NCBI GenBank assembly: GCA_964016885.1
Contig: OZ024742.1
Span: 72,974,001 to 73,038,000 of the forward strand
DNA: 64,000 nt
Reading direction: 5' to 3'
Source: Eledone cirrhosa
Lineage: Eukaryota
Positions 21,675-36,562 of the stretch are shown piece by piece. Positions within the stretch are counted from its first letter, which is position 1; each line of letters begins with the position of its first letter. The notes below the pieces were generated by a model. The model searched no databases and was not told where the DNA came from. It saw only the letters and a list, made by a program, of their open reading frames with translations. The position numbers and the translations under genes are program-made.

Positions 21675-21726
<52 letters not shown>

Positions 21727-21727
21727 T

Positions 21728-22712
21728 TCTTTATTGGCCACAAGGGCTGACATCAAGAAAAACATCACAGACGGAACAGGACGGTACGATGTGGGTTTTG
21801 TGCGTGTAAATATTTTTATTATTTATATAAGAAAAGAAACAAGACATAAAATATATATATAAGACATAAACAATAAAATGAAAATTGAAACAATGAAAAA
21901 TTCCCCAATAGGGGGGAAACCTCCGAGGGTTACTCGTGGCGAAAACCACACAAAAGACCACGGCCACCCTGACTACCAGGGCAAGCGCCCTCTCTCAATT
22001 TTCCATCTCTCAAACTACAGACGTATATTCGGACCATTCTCGCTACATTCACCCACCTTTCAACAAACTTGCCTCTCCACCCTGATTTTCCTCTTCAAGT
22101 GAAACTTGAAAAAGTTAATCAGGGATTCGCCGAAGAGGAAAGTGTTTGTTTTTAATCCTTTTAACCTTGTCCACCACACAATCTCTTTCGCCATGGCCAC
22201 CAGGCAGATGAAAACCGCCTGCCCTTCCTCCTCAAAGGAAGACGGCGAGACCAACTGCACAATGGACTCAGTCGACAACTGGATCAGTCCCACACGTGAC
22301 AGCAACTGTTCGACATAGCTCCACAAGTCAGCAATGCTCGGGCACTGAACGAGTGCGTGCACAACGGTTTCGTCGCTATGCGCGCATCTCGGACAGGCTC
22401 GGCTGACGGCACTACCGTGCCTGTAGAGCTTATCTCGAACCGGCAGCGCTCCCGGGTAGCACTGACTGCCAGGCCAGGGATTTTTGGAAGTTATCCATAG
22501 GCCCCGGGCTGAAAGTTCTCCGGAAGAGAGCAAGCAGCTGATCTTCTTCGGCACCCAGGATCTCTCCGAGAACGTCGTCGCTCTTCCCCTCCACTAGTCC
22601 TCTATAGAACACCGAGGTGGATGTTCCACCGATACTGGTGCCCAACTGGGAGAGGGCAGTGAGCGCCTGGAGACATTCCAGTTTCCAAGCGCTATCCCTC
22701 GGTCTTTTTCTG
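21728..22712 (-). mobile_element. 5'-truncated Tx1/L1-clade LINE (zf-RVT C-terminus plus 3' UTR)
   Basis: ALPVRDKLYRHG...CPRC...ETVVHALVQCP (CCHC knuckle). AATAAA precedes the (TTA)n tail; (TAA)n on both sides. Confidence 0.85.
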
Positions 22713-22737
22713 ATAATAATAATAATAATAATAATAA

Positions 22738-23262
22738 TGGTGATCCACTGCAACCTATGCAAAGTAAACAATTTACCACATTCTGAGAAGTGGTATGAGC
22801 ATAAGCCAGAGTCGGTGATAGAAAACGATCAGGTGAAGGTGCTATGGGATTTTAGTATACAGACGGACAAGAAACTGGAACACAATAGGCCTGACCTGGT
22901 GGTTTTGGACAAGGAAAAAAGATTGTGCCTGATTGTAGATGTAGCCTGCCCATTTGACACGAGAGTGCAAGAAAAGGAGAGGGAGAAAATTAACCGATAC
23001 CAGGACTTAAAGTGGGAGGTAAAAAGGATTTGGAACTGCCATGATTGTCATAGGCGCACTAGGTACTATCTCAAAGAGTTTCCAAGGATGGTTAAAGAAA
23101 ATTAGTCCAGCTCGCTTTTTGGAACACTTCAAAAGGCATGCTTGCTGGGAACAGCAAGAGCCCTCCGATACGTCCTGAATATCTGAGGCTGCAGGTAGCG
23201 GCTTGATATTCATTTCAACAAACTTTCCAGTTAAATAACATCAATGACTGAGACTCAAAGAA
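22738..23262 (+). mobile_element. 5'-truncated R4/Dong-clade non-LTR element (restriction-like endonuclease)
   Basis: KWYEHKPESVIEND..VLWDFSIQTDKKLEHNRPDLVV...IVDVACPFD..EKINRY matches the PD..D RLE. Flanked by (TAA)n. Confidence 0.88.
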
Positions 23263-23321
23263 CAATAATAATAATAATTGTTTCTACGTTAAGCACAAGG
23301 CCAGCAATTACCCAGCAATCA

Positions 23322-23443
<122 letters not shown>

Positions 23444-23444
23444 T

Positions 23445-23700
23445 GGTTGCTACTTCTTGTCAAAAGAGTGCCATCTCACAAGTGGATCGATTTCTCTCTG
23501 ACTCGTATGATTTCAGATGGTTGACAAATCCAGCTCTTGATAGACGAGATCGGCCACATACATTGCACCTCAATTCCTGCTGGACTTTTGGAGATACTGC
23601 ACTCGGGTCCCTCTTACGAAGTGAACGTTTCAAAACACCATGTTCCACTCGCGTTTTCTCAAAGATGTCACTTCCATACTTGATCGCTCTGGCTTTGTGG
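23445..23700 (-). mobile_element. RTE-clade LINE 3' fragment
   Basis: CNVCGRSRLSRAGFVNHLKS is a C2H2-like terminal finger typical of RTE ORFs; adjacent to a (CA)n tail. Confidence 0.65.
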
Positions 23701-23878
23701 GTATCCTGTATTCAAGTCGCTCTGAGGCCAACTTTGCCTTTCATCCTTCTGAAGTCAATAAAATAAATTACCAGTAAAGTTCTGAGGTTGATTTGTCCTT
23801 CCCTCGAGTCTGCTGGCCTTGTGTCGAAACTAGAAATCAATTCATGTCAAATTATCATTTCTGGACAACTATTTCTGT

Positions 23879-26600
23879 CACACACACATACAGATATATA
23901 TTACACACACACACACATACAGATATATATTACACACACACACACATACAGATATATATTACACACACACACACATACAGATATATATTACACACACACA
24001 CACATACAGATATATATTACACACACACACACATACAGATATATATTACACACACACACACATACAGATATATATTACACACACACATACAGATATATAT
24101 TACACACACACATACATACATACAGATATATATTACACACACACATACAGATATATATTACACACACACATACAGATATATATTACACACACACACACAT
24201 ACAGATATATATTACACACACACACACATACAGATATATATTACACACACACACACATACAGATATATATTACACACACACATACATACAGATATATATT
24301 ACACACACACATACAGATATATATTACACACACACATACAGATATATATTACACACACACATACAGATATATATTACACACACACATACATACAGATATA
24401 TATTACACACACACATACAGATATATATTACACACACACATACAGATATATATTACACACACACATACAGATATATATTACACACACACATACAGATATA
24501 TATTACACACACACACACATACAGATATATATTACACACACACACACATACAGATATATATTACACACACACACACATACAGATATATATTACACACACA
24601 CACACATACAGATATATATTACACACACACATACAGATATATATTACACACACACATACAGATATATATTACACACACACATACAGATATATATTACACA
24701 CACACATACATACAGATATATATTACACACACACATACAGATATATATTACACACACACATACAGATATATATTACACACACACATACAGATATATATTA
24801 CACACACACATACATACAGATATATATTACACACATACAGATATATATTACACACACACATACAGATATATATTACACACACACATACATACAGATATAT
24901 ATTACACACACACATACAGATATATATTACACACACACATACAGATATATATTACACACACACATACAGATATATATTACACACACACATACAGATATAT
25001 ATTACACACACACATACATACATACAGATATATATTACACACACACATACAGATATATATTACACACACACATACATACAGATATATATTACACACACAC
25101 ATACAGATATATATTACACACACACATACAGATATATATTACACACACACATACAGATATATATTACACACACACATACAGATATATATTACACACACAC
25201 ATACAGATATATATTACACACACACATACAGATATATATTACACACACACACACATACAGATATATATTACACACACACACACATACAGATATATATTAC
25301 ACACACACATACAGATATATATCACACACACACACACATACAGATATATATTACACACACACATACAGATATATATTACACACACACACACATACAGATA
25401 TATATTACACACACACATACAGATATATATTACACACACACATACAGATATATATTACACATACACATACATATATATATTACACACACACATACAGATA
25501 TATATTACACACACACATACAGATATATATTACACACACACACACATACAGATATATATTACACACACACATACAGATATATATTACACACACACATACA
25601 CAAATATATATTACACACACACATACAGATATATATTACACACACACACACATACAGATATATATTACACACACACATACAGATATATATTACACACACA
25701 CACACATACAGATATATATTACACACACACATACAGATATATATTACACACACATACAGATATATATTACACACACACATACATACAGATATATATTACA
25801 CACATACAGATATATATTACACACACACACACATACAGATATATATTACACACACACATATATATTACACACACACACACATACAGATATATATTACACA
25901 CACACATACACATACAGATATATATTACACACACACATACAGATATATATTACACACACATACAGATATATATTACACACACACATACATATATATATTA
26001 CACACACACATACATATATATATTACACACACACATACAGATATATATTACACACACACACACATACAGATATATATTACACACACACATACAGATATAT
26101 ATTACACACACACATACAGATATATATTACACACACACACACATACAGATATATATTACACACACACATACAGATATATATTACACACACACATACAGAT
26201 ATATATTACACACACACATACAGATATATATTACACACACACATACAGATATATATTACACACACATACAGATATATATTACACACACACATACAGATAT
26301 ATTTTACACATACATACACATACAGATATCTATTACACACACATATATATATATTACACATACACAAATATCCATTACACACACATACAGATATCTATTA
26401 CACATATACACACATGAGATATCTATTACACCCACATACAGATAGCTATTACACACAGAAAGACATCTATTAACACACAGTGAGACATCTATTACATCAA
26501 TTTAGATATCTATTACTCACACACACACAGATATCTATTACACACACAAAAAGACTATCTGTTACACACACACGAAGCATATCACACACAGTATCTGTTA
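23879..26600. repeat. Minisatellite, unit (AC)4-6-ATACAGATATATATT, decaying at its 3' end
   Basis: Direct inspection. Confidence 0.95.
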
Positions 26601-26776
26601 CAGAATATCTATTATATACAGTATTTACTGCAGATAATATACACGATGAAAGAGGATTAAGGTTGAATGTAGTGGAGAGAGAATTTAAATATTCAACACA
26701 GAAGACAAAGATTAGGGCTTTAAGAAGGATCTAGAAAGATTACTGTGTAAAAGATTAACATCTATCTTAAACCCAC

Positions 26777-26927
26777 CTTTCCTTTTTGGAAGTACTCGTA
26801 TGTTTCTAATGTTTGAGATTATCTGATCTGAGGCGATTGTAAAGACAAAGGTACGGTTTCTAATCCGGAATACATCAATCTCTAAACGATTAACAACAGA
26901 CTTATAAGAACAAGTTTGGTATCGACC
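26777..26927 (-). CDS. Possible internal exon (151 nt)
   Basis: TTTCCAG|GGTCGA...GGAAAG|GTGGGT with one open frame (GRYQTCSYKSVVNRLEIDVFRIRNRTFVFTI...). No family recognised. Confidence 0.3.
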
Positions 26928-27235
26928 CTGGAAACTGGATGTAACATCCTTCTTCGTTATATTTATATTACTGTTATAAATACACACATAATACATGTAT
27001 AATACACATACATAGGCGAACACACTTTTACATATACATAAAAACAGTCATATGTACATATGAATTTAAGCGCGTCTGTGTGTGTATGTACATACGTATG
27101 TATATATGTTCTTCTGGTTTTATAATTTCACAAATTTTTACCAATAGAGAGAGAGTCGGTTTCTAACATAGACACAAGACTCTCTCATTGGAATTTACAC
27201 AACATCAACTAGGTAGATTATGTATTCATGTGTAG

Positions 27236-27266
<31 letters not shown>

Positions 27267-27268
27267 TG

Positions 27269-27833
<565 letters not shown>

Positions 27834-28139
27834 GGAGATAGATAGATAGCTAGATAACTAGAAAATGCAATCTGGTAGTTATGGTATCGTTCTCTTTATA
27901 TCGAAGCGCTAAATTACGGGACTTAAACACAGATCCAGATACAAATGTAAATGTACACACACACATATACAAATCTCCTACGACAACTAGAATTATCTTG
28001 AAGTTGTTATGTGGTATTGATCACATTCGTACAATTTCGATCTTCAAGTTTACTCTTTTACCTGTTCCAGCCATCCGGCTGAGGCCATGCTGGGGCATCG
28101 CCCTTGTTAGTTTGTATATTTTGTTATTTTTTTCAATTT

Positions 28140-28800
28140 CTTTCAAAGCAATGTTTTGCCCTCATGGGATGGTAACATTAATACTCTGGCGTTCACGACT
28201 ATTTCTGAGCATAACCACAATATCAGGTCCATTGTGTTCAAGTTTGTAGTCTGTTGGGATAGGGAATTCCTCGAATGTCCTGGGTTTCTCTCTGCCATCA
28301 AGGACCCGTTCCTGGGACATGCAGATACCATTTATTGGACAACCTAATATCCATATTTTTTGTACATTGACCAATAAAGGTAAATACAGAGATTGTCATG
28401 TCTTCTTTTTTCTCTTTTTACACGCGTTCATTGTGTAGATGACAGTTGCTGTATTATTTCCACACAGATGATACTTTACACTTTCACCAAAATGATATAT
28501 ACCTTTAGCACTAAAAGCTTGGACTTAGGTTGATATGAACAATGCTTCAGTCACGTTTTTTAGATCACCGGAGGAGAACCAATCCTTTAAATCTTTAATT
28601 CAGACGGTTATTGCTCAAAATAGTCATGTAATTCCTTTCCAGTTAATGCTTCTCTTTTCTCCACAGAGACTTACGCTCTTCAATTTTTCCCTGTGCTGAG
28701 GCACACCATAAAATCCTTTTGTTAGTATTTATCAGAGGAAATTAATAGCTAACATCTCATTTTCAATCCATCCTGTAACATCAATCCCCTTCCTCCAGCC
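28140..28800 (-). pseudogene. Decayed R4/Dong-like LINE fragment
   Basis: IPTDYKLEHNGPDIVV and upstream HDNL-like motif resemble 22738-23100; multiple disablements. Confidence 0.6.
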
Positions 28801-29199
28801 ATGCATTTCATGTACAGCCAATTTACACTTGCTTTGCATGGTCACCATTTTCTTTTGTTCTGCGGTCTATCTCATTAACCTCAACCTTAGTCCACTTGAC
28901 GATCCCAACATTTTACCGTATCACAGAATCAGTTTGGACTTAGGTAGACATTTTAGCTTGTGTAGATATATTGTTTTTTTTTACATTGTTTTTCATTGGT
29001 TCATTCAATATCTCATCAATCAATTATGGTCTTTAAATCTAACGTTTTGAATATATTGATAAACTCCTTCCTTACAGCATTCATTGAACAAATACATATG
29101 TGGCGTGTTTTCTAACGTTGTTTTCGCCAACCAATATTGTCAGTACAATGCAGTGAAATGTCTTCAAACAGCTCTTATGTTGCGTGTTGTTAGTTCTTT

Positions 29200-30310
29200 C
29201 CATGATTCATAAATATTTCCAATGACATCTTTTATAATATTCTACCATTGAAATCACATTTTTTCTCTTTCTAATTTTAATAGTCTGAGAAAAGGTTCTT
29301 CGTAAAAAGTGAACCTTTAAAGTAGCAATTATTCCTAGGGTACGAAAATGATGTAATATTTGGTGGGAAAATATGATACTTTTTCTCATGTCTCTAAGTT
29401 CAGTATGGGAACCAGAGTGATTAAAATTATCAAAACAACCAACATAACATTATCCATCTAGTCGGGCAAAAATAAAGTAAAAACCAACCTTCGAATGTGG
29501 TTTTGGTAGCACATACTTCTTCATTAATACGCTAAAGTACTGTTGTACTATTAGAGATCGTTGATTGTAGCCTTTAAGAGGCTTGGGATTCTATCAGTAA
29601 TACGCGAGTATGGGTTACTTTAAAGTCATATTTTCCACCCTTCAACATTTAATATCCATTTTCCTATTTTTTTCTTTTTAATGCATTATTTTTCAGAACC
29701 CCGACTCTTCCATCTTCATCGATTATTTTTCTATTGCCACAACATTTTCATCGATTATTATTTTAATGTTTTCTTTAAACATTGGTCTGATATTTCTGCG
29801 TTGTAGTTTTATCTGCACTTTCAGCCTCTCTCACCTGTTATACGAACATTGTGAATTCCTATTCGAGTTTTGTATTTCTCGAACCGACCAGAACTAGCAG
29901 TAAATGTTTCTTCAGTTCTTGCTAGAATTCCATTTTTTGTTTGTTTGTTATATTTTCATCAATTTCAGAGAATATATCGAGAGTTTTTATTTAATAGTCT
30001 GAGTATTTATGGGAACTCGTTTTTCAATAGCAATTTTCTATTCCATGTTGCCTGCTTATCTAAGTCAGCCTATGAACTTTTCAGTCCATCCACGTATCTA
30101 AGTCACCCCCCCCCCCTTATTACCAAGTATTTTATTTTTTATTGTTCTTACTGTCACTTATTCATTCCCAGATTTTGCTCTATTTTTTGTTCAGCTGTCA
30201 CCATATTCATATCTTTTTATAACCTCCAATTTATCATTTAAACTTAAAACCTCTTTCTTCTTAACACCAGCATTTTCTTCGCCAATCTTCCTTTTACCCA
30301 TAGTCATTGA
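29200..30310 (-). pseudogene. Decayed Tigger/pogo (CENP-B-like) DDE transposase
   Basis: KKKEVLSLNDKLEVIKRYEYG (N-terminal HTH), FTASSGRFEKYKTRIGIHNVRITGE (second HTH), FEGWF, and LGIIATLKVHFLRRTF (DDE C-terminal motif) occur in order; frameshifted. Confidence 0.8.
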
Positions 30311-30839
30311 AGGTAAATTACGTATTATATTTAGATGGAGTGGAGAAACATGATCACTACAAGAGACATAGAGTTTACCATAGTACCACATTTATAAAGA
30401 CGTAACAATTGCCTAATTTGTTCTTTGAAAAACGACTGTAGTATGGAACGCGAGGTTCATACGTACAATCACTTACGAAATATAACCGTATAACTCCAAA
30501 TGAACGTTTTCGGAGCTGCATCATTTATTCGGTAACCTAGATGGGTGTATATGCTACAGATACCTTTACAATTGACATATAATTAAGACTACTACTGAGA
30601 GTGACCGAAGTTTTTATTACATCATTACAACGTCAAAACAATTTTCCATATGACATTTGAAAATATTACCGTGCTAATCGCATTACGTCCGTGTTATTAA
30701 TTTACACACCGTGTAAATTTGTGAATTTTGTTATTTCAGGTCGTTTTAATTGAGGGGTTTGCACTATCTCTCTATCAGTATATATATATATATATATATA
30801 TCTTTCTTTCTCTCTCTGCTCCGTTCTCTTTCACTCTTT

Positions 30840-31180
30840 CTATGTGGTAACATAATTCGCTTCCTATCCACATGGTTCTAGGTGGAGTTCGCTGCATGGC
30901 ATCTTTGGCAAGTCTCTTCTATTATGGCTTCAGGCAGACCAATGATCTGTAAGTGGAATTTACCCGAGGGAAACTGCAGAATATATGTGTGTGTATATAT
31001 GTGTGCGTGTTTACGTTTGTGTCTGTGCCTATGTTTATATCCTGTAACTTAGCAGTTCAACAAAAAGAGATCGATGAAGTTAATACCAGACTTGAAAAAT
31101 AAAGTACCTGGGGCGATATGGTCGACTAAATCAAGGTGATATCTCAGCATCATGGGCAAAGTCAAATGACTGAAACCAGT
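30840..31180 (+). mobile_element. Diverged SINE with internal (TG)n
   Basis: TTCGCTTCC...GGCATCTTTGGCAAGT..CTATTATGGC...GGAAACTG; same type as 2330-2607. Confidence 0.6.
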
Positions 31181-31184
31181 AATA

Positions 31185-31272
<88 letters not shown>

Positions 31273-31277
31273 CATGT

Positions 31278-31312
<35 letters not shown>

Positions 31313-31385
31313 CATACATGTACACACACACACATATATATATATATATACATACATGTATATATATATACATACATGCATGTAC

Positions 31386-31447
<62 letters not shown>

Positions 31448-31482
31448 GCATGTACATATAAATATATATATATATATATACA

Positions 31483-31544
<62 letters not shown>

Positions 31545-31627
31545 CACATACATACATATATATATATATATACACATACATACATATATATATATATACA
31601 CATACATATATATATATATATATATAC

Positions 31628-31660
<33 letters not shown>

Positions 31661-31760
31661 CACATACATACATACATATATATATATATATACACATACA
31701 AACATACATACATATATATATATACACATACATATATATATATATATATACACATACATA
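31181..31760. repeat. (TA)n/(CATA)n microsatellite
   Basis: Direct inspection. Confidence 0.95.
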
Positions 31761-32376
31761 CATGGTGGCTGCCAACTCGTTTTCGAGTACGGCCACTACT
31801 TTATATCCATGTAGGAGAACCCCTACCGATGCGCTGAACGAGTGTGACTTTTTAGTCCAGCCAGCGACTTGAAAACTCTGGTACAAACACTACACTTGTA
31901 ACAATTATTGACACATAGTGCTTTGCCTTTGGTACCATGTGACGACAAGTGCAGAGAGATCTCCAGATATAAAGCAATACCTGTGCCGTGAAGCTTTTAT
32001 AGTGAGCAAAGGCACTGCACAAAGCCAGTCCCACTCTCTTAACCAAGATGATATTTACCAAAAAGAAGAACAAGTCAACATCATTGGATACCATCAGGGT
32101 TGCAGGTGTTATATCAGAGTTTTCCTTCTCCTAGAATTCTGCCTTGACAAAGGCTAAGGGTTCATCTCTCCCAGTGATTTTGGATGGCCATTGACTCTTA
32201 AGAGCTCCTTTGCCCTTTGACAGGTTTTGTTTTTAGTCCTGCAGGATGTCCAAAGTCACCCTCCTCACCAAGAAACCTTGGTGGGGTTGCCAGTTTAGTC
32301 GCCAACGACCCGACCATGAGACAGATTGTACTGGGATACATGTTACCAGTAGCACCAAGTGGTGACCTGACATACA

Positions 32377-32412
<36 letters not shown>

Positions 32413-33096
32413 TACACATACATACATACATATATGGTGGCTGCCAACTCGTTTTCAAGTACGGCCACTACTTTATATCCATGTAGGAAAACTTCTACCG
32501 ATGCGCTGAATGAGTGTGACTTTTTAGTCCAGCCAGCGAGCGACTTGAAAACTCTGGTACAAACACTACACTTGTGACAATTATTGACACATAGTGCTTT
32601 ACCTTTGGTACCATGTGACGACAAGTGCAGAGAGATCTCCAGATATAAAGCAATATCTGTGCCGTGAAGCTTTTATAGTGAGCAAAGGCACTGCACAAAG
32701 CCAGTCCCACTCTCTTAACCAAGATGATATTTACCAAAAAGAAGAACAAGTCAACATCATTGGATACCATCAGGGTTGCAGGTGTTATATCAGAGTTTTC
32801 CTTCTCCTAGAATTCTGCCTTGACAAAGGCTAAGGGGTCATCTCTCCCAGTGATTTTGGATGGCCACTGACTTTTAAGAGCTCTTTTGCCCTTTGACAGG
32901 TTTTGTTTTTAGTCCTGCAGGATGTCCAAAGTCACCCTCCTCACCAAGAAACCTTGGTGGGGTTGCCAGTTTAGTCGCCAACGACCCGACCATGAGACAG
33001 GTTGTACTGGGATACATGTTACCAGTAGCACCAAGTGGTGACCTGACATACATACATACATACATACATACATACATACATACATACATACATACA

Positions 33097-33132
<36 letters not shown>

Positions 33133-33816
33133 TACACATACATACATACATATATGGTGGCTGCCAACTCGTTTTCAAGTACGGCCACTACTTTATATCC
33201 ATGTAGGAAAACTTCTACCGATGCGCTGAACGAGTGTGACTTTTTAGTCCAGCCAGCGACTTGAAAACTCTGGTACAAACACTACACTTGTGACAATTAT
33301 TGACACATAGTGCTTTACCTTTGGTACCATGTGACGACAAGTGCAGAGAGATCTCCAGATATAAAGCAATATCTGTGCCGTGAAGCTTTTATAGTGAGCA
33401 AAGGCACTGCACAAAGCCAGTCCCACTCTCTTAACCAAGATGATATTTACCAAAAAGAAGAACAAGTCAACATCATTGGATACCATCAGGGTTGCAGGTG
33501 TTATATCAGAGTTTTCCTTCTCCTAGAATTCTGCCTTGACAAAGGCTAAGGGGTCATCTCTCCCAGTGATTTTGGATGGCCACTGACTTTTAAGAGCTCT
33601 TTCGCCCTTTGACAGGTTTTGTTTTTAGTCCTGCAGGATGTCCAAAGTCACCCTCCTCACCAAGAAACCTTGGTGGGGTTGCCAGTTTAGTCGCCAACGA
33701 CCCGACCATGAGACAGGTTGTACTGGGATACATGTTACCAGTAGCACCAAGTGGTGACCTGACATACATACATACAAACATACATACATACATACATACA
33801 TACATACATACATACA

Positions 33817-33852
<36 letters not shown>

Positions 33853-34400
33853 TATATATACACATACATACATACATATATGGTGGCTGCCAACTCGTTT
33901 TCAAGTACGGCCACTACTTTATATCCATGTAGGAAAACTTCTACCGATGCGCTGAACGAGTGTGACTTTTTAGTCCAGCCAGCGACTTGAAAACTCTGGT
34001 ACAAACACTACACTTGTGACAATTATTGACACATAGTACTGGGCCCATGGTACCATGTGACGACATGTGCAGAGAGATCTCCAGATATAAAGCAATGCCT
34101 GTGCCGTGAAGCTTTTATAGTGAGCAAAGGCACTGCACAAAGCCAGTCCCACTCTCTTAACCAAGATGATATTTACCAAAAAGAAGAACAAGTCAACATC
34201 ATTGGATACCATCAGAGTTGCAGGTGTTATATCAGAGTTTTCCTTCTCCTAGAATTCTGCCTTGATAAAGGCTAAGGGGTCATCTCTCCCGGTGATTTTG
34301 GATGGCCATTGACTCTTAAGAGCTCCTTTGCCCTTTGACAGGTTTTGTTTTTAGTCCTGCAGGATGTCCAAAGTCACCCTCCTCACCAAGAAACCTTAGC
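31761..34400 (-). mobile_element. Head-to-tail array of four non-autonomous RTE-like units (31761-32370, 32434-33046, 33154-33762, 33880-~34397)
   Basis: Near-identical ~610-bp units separated by (CATA)n spacers. Confidence 0.88.
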
Positions 34401-34438
34401 GGGACACATATATACACATACATACATACATACATACA

Positions 34439-34472
<34 letters not shown>

Positions 34473-34510
34473 CACATTCATACATACATACATATATATA
34501 TATATTACAT

Positions 34511-34563
<53 letters not shown>

Positions 34564-34564
34564 C

Positions 34565-35099
34565 ATGATGGCTACCCCCTCGTCATCGAGTATGGCCATT
34601 GCACGATATACCATTATTAATAATTATTAATTAATTCTATCGTGCAATGCCTGTGTATGAAGATATTTTTTTAAAGTGAGGAAAGACTGTGCACTGAGCC
34701 AATCCCACTCTCTGGGCGACAGTAGCTATAACTCGAAAAGAAGAAAAGATCAACATCATCGGTAACTACTGAGCCGCAGGTTTTATATCGGAGTTATCCC
34801 ATTTTCCTGAGTTGCCTCCTCCTAGAAGAATGCCCTGACAAAGGCTAGGGGTCCTTCACTCCCAGTGGTTTAACTGTGCGGTACATGTGTATATACATAA
34901 TTTACACACTTTCGGATGGCCGTTGAATCTTATGAGTTCTTCCGCCCTTTGTCAGGTTTTGTTTTTTGTCCTGCGGGGTGTCCCAAATCACCCTCCTCAC
35001 CAAGTAAACTTGGTGGGGTTGCCGGTTTAGTCGCCGACGACCCGACCATGCGATAGGTTATACTGGGTTACATGTTACCAGTAGCACTCAAAAGTGGCC

Positions 35100-35101
<2 letters not shown>
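34565..35101 (-). mobile_element. Diverged sister family of the RTE-like non-autonomous element
   Basis: Shares both termini (ATGGCTACCCCCTCGTCATCGAGTATGGCCA ... CACCCTCCTCACCAAG...TTTAGTCGCC..CGACCCGACCATG...CATGTTACCAGTAGCAC) with a different interior. Confidence 0.75.
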
Positions 35102-35169
<68 letters not shown>

Positions 35170-35507
35170 TAAACGGAATAGAAAATGCTGACAAATTGTT
35201 CACAGTGAAAAATAGTTTAATTAGGAATAAGTGAGAATTAGTAATTGTATTGGTTAGTATTCAGTTTTGGTTTTAAGTTTTACCGGTTGCGCATTTCTAA
35301 ATGCTTTTCAAAAATAATTTTGAGATAGAGCGTCCGTGATATACACATACATACATATAATATATATATATACACATACATATAATATATATATATATAG
35401 ACATACATAGATATAATATATATATATATATAGACATACATAGATATAATATATATATATATATAGACATACATAGATATAATATATATATATATAGACA
35501 TACATAG

Positions 35508-35583
<76 letters not shown>

Positions 35584-35585
35584 CA

Positions 35586-35616
<31 letters not shown>

Positions 35617-35871
35617 CATGGAATAGAATGAAACGAAATTTCATTTCTCACTCTTAGTACGGCAGTTACTTAAATGTAAGTATGTATGTATGTATACGTA
35701 CATACATATATGTATACAGACGTACAGTAGTATGTATACATACATGCACACATATACATATGCACGTATCGGTTTACCGAACATTTATTATAATGCTCGG
35801 TTTGTTGGTAAACAAACAAACAGCCCGAATAAATAATTATTAATCAGAGCTATATTAAAATTATAAATTTG

Positions 35872-35925
35872 AAGAAATAATAGATAAATGTTACCAATAT
35901 TGGTAACATTTATCTATTATTTCTT
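35872..35925. repeat. Perfect 54-bp palindrome
   Basis: AAGAAATAATAGATAAATGTTACCAAT|ATTGGTAACATTTATCTATTATTTCTT. Confidence 0.9.
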
Positions 35926-36562
35926 TAAACTTACATTTAAACTTAACTCCGTTTAATTGATTATTTATTTAGTTAATTTCTACGGACTAAGAAGAAAAAT
36001 TAGGTAAATTTTATCTGACTGTTCTTCTAACTTATAATTAATATATATATATATATATAAGTATGTACACGTACATACATATATGTATATAGACGTACAG
36101 TAGTATGTATATATATATATACATACAGGCATACGGTTTACTTAACATTTATTATAATGTTCGGTTTGTTTGTAAACAAACAGCCCGAATTAAGCCGTAC
36201 AGTGTTCGGCAACCACCGTTGCCCTTTTGTTCAACACTGACAAAGGAACGATGAACTAGTTTCAACCTTATTAGCTATCGCCAGCATCGTATACCTTCCT
36301 GTCAGATGATTGAACGTTTGAAAGTATATACTTTCCTTATGCATATTAACGGCTGAGCAGCCTAATTTGCATATCGAGTGAGTTAGTCGGCAGGGTGTAC
36401 TGAAAACGATAAATGGAAAAGAATGAAATGAAATTTCATTTCTCACTCTTAGTACGGCTGATACTTAAATGTAAGTATGTACACGTACATATGTAAGCAT
36501 GTACACGTATATATATATATACATACTACTGTACGTCTGTATACATATATGTATGTACGTGT

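Noticed and set aside
21567-21743. Poly-Leu signal-peptide-like N-terminus of the 551-aa ORF
   Set aside because: Encoded by a (TTA)n microsatellite/LINE tail upstream of a strong splice acceptor; intronic.
23788-26445. 874/885-aa His/Thr/Tyr-rich ORFs
   Set aside because: Stop-free reading of a minisatellite in several frames.
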